Positions 50,475 to 59,961 of a stretch of 64,000 bases of DNA are shown here, one piece after another. The stretch comes from Candidatus Latescibacterota bacterium. GTDB lineage: Bacteria > Latescibacterota > UBA2968 > SICM01. The notes beneath the pieces were generated by a model, which was not told where the DNA came from, made no database searches, and saw only the letters and a program-made list of their open reading frames with translations. Within the stretch, counting starts at the first letter, position 1. Each line of letters begins with the position of its first letter. Where the stretch lies: contig CBDCJO010000002.1 of the NCBI GenBank assembly GCA_965217865.1, positions 4,512,001 to 4,576,000 on the forward strand. The letters are read 5' to 3'. Made by a program: the position numbers and the translations under genes.

Positions 50475-50660
50475 AAAGGCAGTAGCAGTGGCAGGTGGCA
50501 GTAGCAGGAAAACCGTGAGACGTCAGAGGTGAGACGGGGGAAAGCAGTTGCAGGTGCCAGCAGAAGGAAAGGCAGGGGCCAGAGGTCGGAGGTCAGAGGC
50601 CAGGGAGTCAAAACCGCTAGTCAGAAGTTGGAGATCGGGAAGGCGATAGGGAAAAACCGG
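50475..50660 (+). repeat. Purine-rich mosaic of degenerate heptamers
   Basis: gcagtag/gcagtgg, gtgagac, agaggtc/agaggcc units; blocks shared with 61715-61835 and 63950-64000. Confidence 0.7.
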
Positions 50661-50661
50661 G

Positions 50662-51200
50662 ATGGAAGAAAAAACGCCTGAAGGGATCGACTCCGCTGTT
50701 AAGGAACCGGATTACGAGTTCCTGGATCCGAAAAAAAAAAGCTCCGTCTGTTTCGGGCTGGCTCCGGCCGGCTCAGGCTTACAGTTGAGGGAGACCGTTC
50801 CTACCCGGAAGTGAAGGTCGTACGGGCATTTCCTCTCTCCGACTCCGACCATTACATCGGTTTTCTGGACAGGAAGGACAGGGTCATCGGGCTGGTGATC
50901 GATATTAAAGAATTTGAGCCCGACCCAGGAAAGATCGTCGTTGAGGAACTGGATCGACGTTACTTCACCCCCGACATCGAGCGGATCTACAGCTTAAAAG
51001 AGGAATTCGGCGTGATCTATTTCGATGCGGAGACGAACTATGGAAGAAGGCAGTTTGTAGCAAAGGGGATCAGGGATTCGATGGAGGAAATGGGGGACGG
51101 AGAATTGTTGTTAGCGGATGTGGACGGGAATCGCTATAGAATTATAGATTGGCGTCGGATGGATGTTCGATCCAGGATGCTGCTGGAAAGAATCGTGTGA
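50662..51200 (+). pseudogene. DUF1854-like protein, frameshifted at an A10 run (50731-50740)
   Basis: MEEK..FLDPK then the -1 frame KLRLFR..VKVVRAFPLSD..ELDRRYF..ETNYG..DVDGNRY. Confidence 0.75.
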
Positions 51201-51362
51201 GTCTTTTTGAAAGAGAATTCTTCCTCAAATAACTCCCTATTTTTAGCCTTTTGGATAAGTTTTTTCTCTTGTTATATTAAGACAAATTAGATATATTGTC
51301 CGCTGACTGGCCTGGGGAAAAAACAATAAACTAAAGCAGGGAAGCAGCACCAGTCTATAAGT

Positions 51363-51416
51363 CGCCTGCTTATACTTTCGGTCTGATCGAAGGTATGGGC
51401 GGGCGTCTTTTTTTTC
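51363..51416 (+). terminator. Leader terminator upstream of the methyltransferase cluster
   Basis: cgcctgcttatactttcg..cgaaggtatgggcgggcg plus T8. Confidence 0.7.
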
Positions 51417-51442
51417 CGTCCTCGTCTCTTTATGAGCCCACT

Positions 51443-52261
51443 ATGAGCAGATTCGGAGGCTATGAAGACCAGCCTTTCTTGGCTGAGCTTTACGACAGCG
51501 TCCCGGGCTACTCCGGCCGGCGGGATCTCGAGTTCTACGTCAACTTCTGTCGTTCGGCAAATGGCAAAGTTCTGGAACTTGGATGCGGTACCGGGAGGGT
51601 ACTGATTCCGGCTGCCGTTGCCGGAACCGATATCGTGGGGTTGGACCTCTCCCCTTACATGCTGGCTAAGTGCAAGGAGAAGCTGTCCGCACAACCGGAA
51701 GCGGTGCGGAGTCGTGTGAGGGTCCTTCAAGGCGACATGACGGACTTTCACCTGGAAGACAGGTTTTCCCAGGTGATCATTCCGTTCCGGCCTTTCCAGC
51801 ATCTGGTGAACCTTGAGGACCAGCTCGGATGTTTGAGGTGCGCCAACGCTCATCTGAACATGGGAGGCAGGATCGCATTCGACCTTTTCCAGGTCAATTT
51901 CCGAAAGATCGCCGATCCCGGGAGAATGGAGGAACAGGAGGACCTGCCCGAGTTTGAACTCCCGGACGGCCGAAAGCTTCGCCGCTGCAACCGGGTCACC
52001 GCCACGCATCGGTCCGAGCAGTATAATGATGTCGAGTTGATCTACTACCTTACGGGTACTGACGGGATGGTTCAGCGTCTTGTACAGACTTTTCCCTTCC
52101 GCTACTTCTTCCGGTACGAAGTCGAGCACCTCTTAGCTCGATGCGGGTTCAGCATTTTGGAGCTTCATGGCGACTTCGACGGGTTGCCCCTGGAGGAAAA
52201 TTCGCCGGAGATGATTTTTATTGCCGAGAAGATAGAAAATGTCGTTCAGGATGGTAAATGA
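51443..52261 (+). CDS. Class I SAM-dependent methyltransferase
   Basis: VLELGCGTGR, GLDLSPYML, QGDM; ATG 51443 chosen. Confidence 0.9.
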   Translation: MSRFGGYEDQPFLAELYDSVPGYSGRRDLEFYVNFCRSANGKVLELGCGTGRVLIPAAVAGTDIVGLDLSPYMLAKCKEKLSAQPEAVRSRVRVLQGDMTDFHLEDRFSQVIIPFRPFQHLVNLEDQLGCLRCANAHLNMGGRIAFDLFQVNFRKIADPGRMEEQEDLPEFELPDGRKLRRCNRVTATHRSEQYNDVELIYYLTGTDGMVQRLVQTFPFRYFFRYEVEHLLARCGFSILELHGDFDGLPLEENSPEMIFIAEKIENVVQDGK

Positions 52262-52362
52262 CGGAAACGTCTTCGATAGGGAGCGTCGAAATCGTGAAGG
52301 TATAGTTGGGCGTCTATTTCATTTGTTATCCATCTCTTGATTGAGTGGAGACAGTATGGCCA

Positions 52363-53070
52363 ATGACTGAGCCTATTTACCGGTATACCGGGGCTGACCA
52401 TCCACAAGCTTATGAGTACTTGAATGTATGTACGGATCCCGACCAACTGGTAGAAAAGCTGATGTGGAATATCGCTCCCTGGGCCGGCCGGGTGTTGCTC
52501 GATCTTGGCGCGGGATCCGGCTTCCACGTTCCAAGGTTTTCCGAGAAGGCCGATCGTGTCATTGCCGTTGAGCCCGACCCGAAACTCCGACAACAGATGT
52601 TAATGCGCTTTAAGCAGGATTCTACAGCCAGGGTAAACGTGATAGCGGGGTCGGCCGAGTCGATATCCCTCAGGGATAACAGCATTGATGTCGCTCAAGC
52701 AAGGTACGCCTACTTTTTCGGTACTGATGATTGTCTTCCGGGGATCTCTGAAGTCAGGCGCGTTATGAAACCCGGCTCCCACTTCTTTATCGTGGATGTT
52801 ATTCCGGGATACGGGAAATGGGGTGAAATTGCCAGAGAGGCTTATCCGAAGGTGTTCACGCACGACTACCATCAAAAACATTCTTCCTTTTTCACACGTA
52901 ACGGCTTTACGACTCACGAATTGGAGGCGGTGTTTCGGGCCCCAAGTAAAGAAATTATGCGAAAAGTTTTTGAAATGGATTTCCCGCACAAGGCCGAAGC
53001 GTTTATTGAAAAAGTGGATGCTCTTGAATTAGGGTATGGAATCGCAGTCTATCATACCCAAAAAGAATAG
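52363..53070 (+). CDS. Class I SAM-dependent methyltransferase
   Basis: LLDLGAGSGFH, AVEPD, GSAESI, RVMKPG. Confidence 0.88.
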   Translation: MTEPIYRYTGADHPQAYEYLNVCTDPDQLVEKLMWNIAPWAGRVLLDLGAGSGFHVPRFSEKADRVIAVEPDPKLRQQMLMRFKQDSTARVNVIAGSAESISLRDNSIDVAQARYAYFFGTDDCLPGISEVRRVMKPGSHFFIVDVIPGYGKWGEIAREAYPKVFTHDYHQKHSSFFTRNGFTTHELEAVFRAPSKEIMRKVFEMDFPHKAEAFIEKVDALELGYGIAVYHTQKE

Positions 53071-53080
53071 TCAACTTGTA

Positions 53081-53890
53081 ATGGAAAATCAGTGTCTCGC
53101 AGATGAAGAAGTCAGCTCTTTCGAAGAATTAGGCTATGTCCATCTTTCACAGGCTTTTCCTCCTGAGTCCGCGCTGACAATGCAGGAATTCATGTGGACC
53201 CAGCTTAAGCAGTTAAGCGGTATCGACCGAACCGATAGCGCCACCTGGAAGAAACCGTGGCGGGGACTCAACAAGACCGGACGCCACGGAATCTACAAGG
53301 ACGTCAACAGTCCTCGTATGCTCGGGGCTGTTGACCAACTTCTGGGGCCGAGAACTTGGACCAAGCCCGCGGGTTGGGGTGGTTTTCTAGTCTCTTTTCC
53401 ACAGGACACGGACGAACCGTGGGATGTGACCACCAAGCAATGGCATTGGGACGGCGATCCGGGAAGTCAGGTCGATGGTCTATCGGGTTTGTTCATCTTT
53501 ACTTTTTATTCTCACGTTCTTCCAGGAGGCGGCGGCACGTTGATTGTTGAGGGATCTCACAGGCTCGTCACGGCCTATTTTCGCAATCTGGCACATTATC
53601 ATATTGACCAAAAACAGAAAAAAATAAGGCTCCGCTTCTGTAAATCGCATCCCTGGCTTGCGGAGTTGACGGGCGGAGTGCCGGATTCGAAGGACAGGAT
53701 TCGGAGATTCATGGAAGAGAGGACAATCATCGATGACGTTCCCGTACGAGTCGTCGAACTCACAGGGGAACCTGGCGACGCGGTATTGTGTCACCCTTCG
53801 ATTTTCCACGCCCGGTCCTTCAATCGGGCAGATGTACCGAGGTTCATGCGCGCTGGCGGGGTCGCCAAGAGTAATAGAAAACTTTCTTAG
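53081..53890 (+). CDS. Phytanoyl-CoA dioxygenase (PhyH)-family Fe/2OG enzyme
   Basis: FEELGY, WHWDG, GTLIVEGSH, GEPGDAVLCHPSIFH. Confidence 0.85.
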   Translation: MENQCLADEEVSSFEELGYVHLSQAFPPESALTMQEFMWTQLKQLSGIDRTDSATWKKPWRGLNKTGRHGIYKDVNSPRMLGAVDQLLGPRTWTKPAGWGGFLVSFPQDTDEPWDVTTKQWHWDGDPGSQVDGLSGLFIFTFYSHVLPGGGGTLIVEGSHRLVTAYFRNLAHYHIDQKQKKIRLRFCKSHPWLAELTGGVPDSKDRIRRFMEERTIIDDVPVRVVELTGEPGDAVLCHPSIFHARSFNRADVPRFMRAGGVAKSNRKLS

Positions 53891-53905
53891 CTTTTCAATA
53901 AAGCT

Positions 53906-55207
53906 GTGTCGAACAGCCTCTACTGCACCTACACCAACTACAATGACTACTTCGACCCGGAGTGCGACCTGTCGGAGGGTCAGATCCCTTCCCCTGACTG
54001 GGCGGCGGAGAACTGTATGTACGACGAGAAGGGGGAACTGATCCGGGGTTATCACGAGGCCACCCGGCTACTGCCCAATCTTTACGTAAAATGGGCGAAC
54101 CAGGGAAAGCTGCAAAAGCGATTCTACAACCTTAAAGATTACCGGGAAATTATGCGCGTGAATTCCTTCTTCTTCGATGTGCACGCTAGACTCCCACCCG
54201 TCCACTACTTCGACCAAAAGGGAACCCATTACAGCCCGAGGGATTTTCTAAGACACACCTCAGATCTGTTCGCTCTGGCTCGAGAATACGGGGAAGACGC
54301 CCCGATTTTTTCAAATTGCGGATACGGAGGCGAATGGCACGCAGGTGCGATGGAAGGGGGGTGGGCAAACAACCTGTTCCAGCCGAAGTTTTGGGGGATA
54401 GAGGGGGAGGACTGGGAATATTATCCCAACGTGGATCAGGTGCACAGACCTCATTATATGTCCGTGGGGGCGACAAGGGATAATGGCGAGAAGGAATGGG
54501 ACAACCGGAAAGCCCGGTTCCAACGGCAGGTTGCCCGCAACGTGTTGTTCGGTCGTACGGAGACGATCTATTGCTACTGGCCTACGGACATTAGCAGGTT
54601 CGACACCCGCTTGATGGGCTACTACCTGCATAGTGCTTTTCACCGGATGCTCGGGATGAATGGCATGCGTGAGATCGAGTTCGACGACGGGGATCTCCAT
54701 CGTCAGGTCGTTCATTATGACAACGGCGCTGCGATCTGGGTCAATCAGGGGGATGACGATTGGGTTGTCGACGGACGCAGGCTCAAGGAGGCCTGTTACC
54801 TCATCAAAGGACCGGATTTTCTACAGTATTCCGAAGTTCCAGCAGAAAAAGACTTCATCGTGGAGTTCGTGAAGAGTCCTGATTACTGGCTTTTCGCCTC
54901 TCCGGAAATGCACGACTTTGGTTCCGCTAAGGTGGACGGAGCGTACGCCGTACAGGTGCCCGAACCCGACCGGATCGTGGTCTACCAGATCCGCAAGACC
55001 CACGCCATGATCACCCTGTACCTGCCTGACTTCCTCGGGAGACCCGGGCCATACAGGTTGATGGGGATCCATACGGTTTTCGACGGCAAATCCGTCAGGC
55101 GTAACCCGGATTACGAGATCAGGAAATCTACGGTGGAGGGGGACTACCTCAATTTCGAGCCGTCTCAGGACCCCCACGCATGGCGCTACGAAATCGAGAT
55201 TGAATAG
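53906..55207 (+). CDS. Hypothetical protein, probably the C-terminal part of a larger glycoside-hydrolase-like protein
   Basis: 433-aa ORF with coding-like composition, no RBS, abrupt start; FFFDVH, VHYDNGAAIWVN. Confidence 0.45.
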   Translation: MSNSLYCTYTNYNDYFDPECDLSEGQIPSPDWAAENCMYDEKGELIRGYHEATRLLPNLYVKWANQGKLQKRFYNLKDYREIMRVNSFFFDVHARLPPVHYFDQKGTHYSPRDFLRHTSDLFALAREYGEDAPIFSNCGYGGEWHAGAMEGGWANNLFQPKFWGIEGEDWEYYPNVDQVHRPHYMSVGATRDNGEKEWDNRKARFQRQVARNVLFGRTETIYCYWPTDISRFDTRLMGYYLHSAFHRMLGMNGMREIEFDDGDLHRQVVHYDNGAAIWVNQGDDDWVVDGRRLKEACYLIKGPDFLQYSEVPAEKDFIVEFVKSPDYWLFASPEMHDFGSAKVDGAYAVQVPEPDRIVVYQIRKTHAMITLYLPDFLGRPGPYRLMGIHTVFDGKSVRRNPDYEIRKSTVEGDYLNFEPSQDPHAWRYEIEIE

Positions 55208-55530
55208 TGTCTGGGCGGTGGGGCTTATTGGCGTTTTTGATCCCGGAAATGGTTCCCATAGGGATCAAAAATGAAGCCTTCAGGCCTCAATCGGGATCCT
55301 CAAGATCATACAAAAATAGCCCCGCTGGGAATTGACTCCGTCGGGGCTTGATTTTTTGTGCTTTAAATATCCAAACGTTATTTCATCACAGTATATAATA
55401 TACAAAATCCGGCTTTAAAAGTCAAGTATATAATATTATAAGTTCATAATTAATATTTAGTTACAGTTGACTTTGGCGATCCTCCTACTTATCTTTAGTC
55501 GAAGACGTTCAACCCCCAAAGGAGGATCGG

Positions 55531-56460
55531 ATGGTAAAGGAATTTCATCCCGACACACAAAAGAAATGTGAGTTTTGTGGTGAGGTTATTCCAAAGGTAC
55601 GTTCGATGTCCGTCCGGGACGTGCGCACCTGTGTAAAATGCCAGAAAAAGCTGGAGAAAAACCCATGGGAACTGAAGGATCCGAATCATAGGGAGGTTCA
55701 AAAGCAACAAGATGACGCGGACTTACCCAATTCCTTAGAGCTGCAAGACGATCATGTGAAGGTGGGGGGGTGGTCAAACAGCCTCCTGGAAATGACCTCA
55801 AGGGGGGTCGAACTCAGAACACTTATGGATTCAGGTAAAGTGCGGGACGCGCGCACTTTCGTTCAGCACTTAACTGTTCCGGCGCAAGCTGCACTGGTTT
55901 CTCTGGATCAAAATCCCGAGGAGGTCCTTTCTGTCACCGGAATGACAGATTCAGAACTACCGGCCTACTGTCCGCAGGTTGTGGATTTACTCCCGACGGA
56001 GCTTTTGGCGGACCTGGTTGCCCCCCACACAGAGTACCTGAGGTTCAACATAGAAGTCCTAAAGGCGATGTCACCCAAAACTTTTCGGCGGGTAATGCTG
56101 GAGACCCTGGATCCAATCGATAACCTGGAATATCGCGCCCAAGTGTCCTGGGAGTGGTTAGAGGCATTGGTGGCGATCGATGATCCTAATAAGATCGCAG
56201 AGCTTGTGGGGGACGTCGAAGTGGAGTTGCTTGAAGATGCCATCATTACTCGTTTTGAATATCTTGATATGCACCAAATCGTTGGGGGGGATGTCCCGCT
56301 TTTCCGTATCTTTTCGGAATCCGGAAATTTATCTGTCGATCCAGGGGACTTTTTTAAAGAGCCAAAAACAGCTAAAGTGATCAAAGCCCTTCACGAAGCG
56401 GTACCGGATCTTTTGAACGAAGTCGTACGAGGGGCTTGGGAACGTGCAGGAGAGGTTTAG
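55531..56460 (+). CDS. Hypothetical protein with an N-terminal DksA/TraR-type C4 zinc finger
   Basis: CEFCGEVIPKVR..RTCVKCQ; AGGAGG RBS. Confidence 0.7.
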   Translation: MVKEFHPDTQKKCEFCGEVIPKVRSMSVRDVRTCVKCQKKLEKNPWELKDPNHREVQKQQDDADLPNSLELQDDHVKVGGWSNSLLEMTSRGVELRTLMDSGKVRDARTFVQHLTVPAQAALVSLDQNPEEVLSVTGMTDSELPAYCPQVVDLLPTELLADLVAPHTEYLRFNIEVLKAMSPKTFRRVMLETLDPIDNLEYRAQVSWEWLEALVAIDDPNKIAELVGDVEVELLEDAIITRFEYLDMHQIVGGDVPLFRIFSESGNLSVDPGDFFKEPKTAKVIKALHEAVPDLLNEVVRGAWERAGEV

Positions 56461-58478
56461 GATGGTATGCCGTTAATCGGCACCTGGCTGGGGTGTTTTT
56501 TGAAGAAGTCCTTTCGAGGCTCAAGGACTTTAAGACGATGCTCTGCGGGGTTCTCCATAAAAGCATATATGGGTTCAAAAATGCGATCCCAACTCCAGAA
56601 CTCCTCTCCGAGCCTCATATACTCACGAACCATTTCAGTCCCTTCGGGGACGACCGGATGCATAAGAACCGTAGCCACCCGGACCATATGGAAAGCGTCG
56701 ATCAAGGATCGTCTCCGTAAGGCGGAGTCACAATCGTCATTATATGGCTTTCGTGCGCTCCACCGATGATTGATTTCTCTTATATATGCGCCAGCTATGG
56801 TTATAGCCTGGTGAAACTCATGTTTATACATGGCTTCTTCAAATTCCAGAATCGTTGTTTTCGCTTGCGATAAGATTTCATCACTAATTTCGCCTACCGG
56901 CACTTTTCCATCAAAGAATTTCTGAGCCGTGTAAAAGCAGGATCGAACAGCACGATTGAAAGCGTTGCTTAAAAGATTCCCTTCTTTTAAGACAGGGTCG
57001 CTCTCCTTTTCCCCCGCGTTCGGGTTCAATGGTCTTGGACGAAAACTCATGCTTCGCATTCCGAGTCCCAGACTCAGGAAATGAGCCCTCAGTTGATCCA
57101 CTGTATAGAAGTTGAGGAGGTCTCTTGCCATAGGCGGTTTTAATGCACCGCTGCTGCTGGCTTTTTTGTCGAGGAAAAGAAGGTGTCGATTGGCGACGAG
57201 GTGCGGGATTTGAATTTGGCCCTCGGGAGGGTCTATGGCCGGATGTTTCCCCTGCATTCCTATGAACATTGCAGCCTCGGGGAGGCTATAAAAAAAGACA
57301 TTGTCTTCTCCGATAAACTGGTAAACCTTTGAGTTTTTTGAGCACCACCAATCCCTCCAGTCTTTCTTATTCCCCCCTTGATGTTCTAAATATGCCGCGG
57401 TAAATGGTATTGGCGCCCAGAGCGATTCCGGCCATACCCAGAAAGTCAATCCGGCAAGTCCTTCCAATTCCGGAGCTGGTAAACCCCATTCCAGATTCCC
57501 GGTGAGCCGAAAGGGCACGAGTGTTTTGCCTGTTCGGTACATCACGGAATGCTCGCTTAAAATCGATCTCGCTTTTTCCTTATCTTCGAGGCGGTTAAAA
57601 ACCAATCGAACCGACCTGGCTCTTCCTTCCACCCGGTTGTGGGTGGGGAGTTGATGAACGACCGAGTTCAATGTCTCCACTTGATCTCGTGTCACGTGGA
57701 TAATGGGCGGCTCAAAGTGTTCCTGTATATTTCTGATGATGAAATCCCGCCATTCTCCGAATTCTCTCAAACTATTCAACCATGATTCCAATAGGGTCCG
57801 AAACTCCGGAAGTCTCAGATACCAGTTCGTAACTCCTCGCGTGTGCGGTCTGTCCCCCGTAAGGGTGCTTTTGGGGTCGATAAGGTCTTCCGGTTCGAAT
57901 TGGTGGCCCAGAGAACATTCATCGGCATAAGCCTTTTCAGATCGACATCCTTCTATCGGACAGAGGCCTTGCACTTGACGACCGGTCAAAAACGTTTTCG
58001 CTTTAATATCATAGAACTGAGGCGTGGTTCGCTTTTCCAAATGCCCATTGGCGTGGAGGGTTTCAATCAATAAGGCCCCGAACTCTCGATGAATATCCGC
58101 GAAACGATCGAAACCGGAGGCCGCAAAAAGATTTAAACTGACGTTGTACGCTTCCAGTGTTTCGGTTTGACGCTTGTGGTTGGATCGAACAAAGTCTTCG
58201 AGGCTCCCTTCAAATTCGCCCTGAGCGGTCAACTCCCGGTGTTCTTCGACGATGGGGGAACCGTAACAATCAGTGCCCGAAATAAAAATGACGTTCTCCC
58301 CCCCGATGCGATCACGGAGAAATCTGGCAAATGCGTCGGCGTGCACAAACAGGCCGCCGATGTGTCCAAAATGAAGGTCCTTGTTCCCATAAGGCATCCC
58401 GCAGGTGACAATTGCCCGCTCTGGAAAATTTGGCCTCCCCCGATCTCGAATATCTGACCTTTCTTTTTTTTCCTTCAT
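56457..58478 (-). CDS. Divergent methionyl-tRNA-synthetase-fold class I ligase, specificity uncertain
   Basis: MPYGN..HFGH (HIGH), GTDCYG, Zn knuckle CPIEGC..DECSLGH, WG.P.P, WVW, KASSS (KMSKS), helical anticodon domain; AAGGAG RBS. Confidence 0.85.
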   Translation of the reverse strand: MKEKKERSDIRDRGRPNFPERAIVTCGMPYGNKDLHFGHIGGLFVHADAFARFLRDRIGGENVIFISGTDCYGSPIVEEHRELTAQGEFEGSLEDFVRSNHKRQTETLEAYNVSLNLFAASGFDRFADIHREFGALLIETLHANGHLEKRTTPQFYDIKAKTFLTGRQVQGLCPIEGCRSEKAYADECSLGHQFEPEDLIDPKSTLTGDRPHTRGVTNWYLRLPEFRTLLESWLNSLREFGEWRDFIIRNIQEHFEPPIIHVTRDQVETLNSVVHQLPTHNRVEGRARSVRLVFNRLEDKEKARSILSEHSVMYRTGKTLVPFRLTGNLEWGLPAPELEGLAGLTFWVWPESLWAPIPFTAAYLEHQGGNKKDWRDWWCSKNSKVYQFIGEDNVFFYSLPEAAMFIGMQGKHPAIDPPEGQIQIPHLVANRHLLFLDKKASSSGALKPPMARDLLNFYTVDQLRAHFLSLGLGMRSMSFRPRPLNPNAGEKESDPVLKEGNLLSNAFNRAVRSCFYTAQKFFDGKVPVGEISDEILSQAKTTILEFEEAMYKHEFHQAITIAGAYIREINHRWSARKPYNDDCDSALRRRSLIDAFHMVRVATVLMHPVVPEGTEMVREYMRLGEEFWSWDRIFEPIYAFMENPAEHRLKVLEPRKDFFKKHPSQVPINGIPS

Positions 58479-58522
58479 AAATATCACTCTCCTTAAATCA
58501 AGCTCTCTTCCACTGTGTTTAG

Positions 58523-58564
58523 AAAAACAAAAAACCCGCTGCAGAGTGGAAGTCCACAGCGGGT
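58523..58564 (-). terminator. Attenuator terminator upstream of the MetRS-like gene
   Basis: Minus strand acccgctg..cagcgggt plus U-tract; 5' arm pairs with leader segment 58612-58622. Confidence 0.85.
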
Positions 58565-58600
58565 CGATGTTCGAATTGTTGATTAAATTATATCAAATTA

Positions 58601-58738
58601 TCATAAAATCTCCCGCCACGGAATCCCTTTTTGGACCTGTTGCTGCTGGAACTGGATACCTTCAAAGAACACCCCAGGTATCCATTTGGTTAACATTGCG
58701 CTTTCAGGAATCGATGATCCGTAGCGGTGAACCGACAT
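58601..58738 (-). CDS. Gln-rich leader peptide
   Basis: MSVHRYGSSIPESAMLTKWIPGVFFEGIQFQQQQVQKGIPWREIL* (alternative ATG 58696); 6 Gln in 8 codons. Confidence 0.72.
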   Translation of the reverse strand: MSVHRYGSSIPESAMLTKWIPGVFFEGIQFQQQQVQKGIPWREIL

Positions 58739-58786
58739 TTGGTCTATCTCGTCATCTGATTTAAATGGTTTTTCTACTCTGATCCT

Positions 58787-58815
58787 ACTTTAGGCGTTTT
58801 TAACTGTTATGTCAA
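58787..58815 (-). promoter_or_regulatory. Sigma70-type promoter for the leader and synthetase
   Basis: TTGACA-17-TAAAGT on the minus strand. Confidence 0.7.
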
Positions 58816-59155
58816 GGGATTTTACAAGGTAGAGTATAAAAAAGGGGCACCGTCGCTCACACAACGGCAATGATTATCTGACGTCATATCTCAGTCTTGG
58901 CGGGAATACGTTGAGAGAGGAATAAGAAGGTAACCCGGAGGAGCGTCCCAAGGAGACTTCCGAAGGAAGCGAAGCGACTGAAGGGCAGACACGGTGTGAA
59001 GATTCGGGGTATCATCATTGATGACGCAAAATTCGGTATGTTTCAGTCGTGACCGGAAAGCTGATGTAAGCCCATTTGCAGTGCAAGAACCCAAAGGGGT
59101 GAATGTGGTGATCAAAGCTTTGTTGTTACACGCAGTTTTGGGGTTGTCGCCTCTC

Positions 59156-59936
59156 TCAGATTTCCACGCGTTTCTCAAACAGCCAGAGCCCGGCAAAGAG
59201 AAGAACCGTAGACGCCAGGAACGGGTAAGCCAGATGAGACAGCTGCATCACACCTTTCATGGACCCTTCTGCCCAAAAACCCACCGTGTTGTATCTGCCC
59301 AGGAAGCTCAGGGAATCGACAGCGGTTGTGTAAGATCGGGCATAAAGGTAAATCATACCGCCAAAGAATGTAAGCGCCGCCAATCCCTGAAACCGACGCA
59401 CAGAAAATTTGAGCCCCTCCATCGCCGTAACCAGGGCCAGCAGAAGCATCATATACAACAGAAACGGCACAACGAAAACAACGCATAGATCGATCAGAAA
59501 GCCAGAGATCTGGCCAAAGGAAGCCGTGGACAACTCGGGGTTTAGTTTCGTCAATTTGCCTTCTTTCATCAAGAGCAGCACCATACTCCCGGCAGCAATC
59601 ATCCACAGAATGAATCCATTGATCAGTGCTACGGCGTATTTGCAAATCACGGTCACCCAGCGGTTAACGGGTAGCGAAAACCAGAGATAGTGTGTTTCTG
59701 ACTTGAACTCCGAAGAAAATGACCGTGCCAGCAGAAACGGTGGAACGATAACGCAGGCTACAAAACCCAATACAAAAGGCAGGACAACCCATCCTCCACC
59801 ACTTGCCCCGGCCAATTCGGGATCAAAAAGATACCACCCTATAGATCTGGAGCGCCACGAGCGCGATCACCAGAAAGGCCAGCAGGTAGGCGCTGTCCTT
59901 CCACTCCTTAACATAAAGTGCGACCCAGGTTTTCAT
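59156..59936 (-). pseudogene. ABC permease (YtrC-like), frameshift near 59840
   Basis: MKTWVALYVKEWK.. then, in another frame, YLWFSLPVNRWVTVICK..LWLFEKRVEI. Confidence 0.65.
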
Positions 59937-59961
59937 ATCCATACCCTCCGCCTACGGCCCA

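Noticed and set aside
58500-58780. SAM riboswitch upstream of the MetRS-like gene
   Set aside because: SAM-I core motifs (AUC..GAGGGA..GCAACC..GUGC) are absent.
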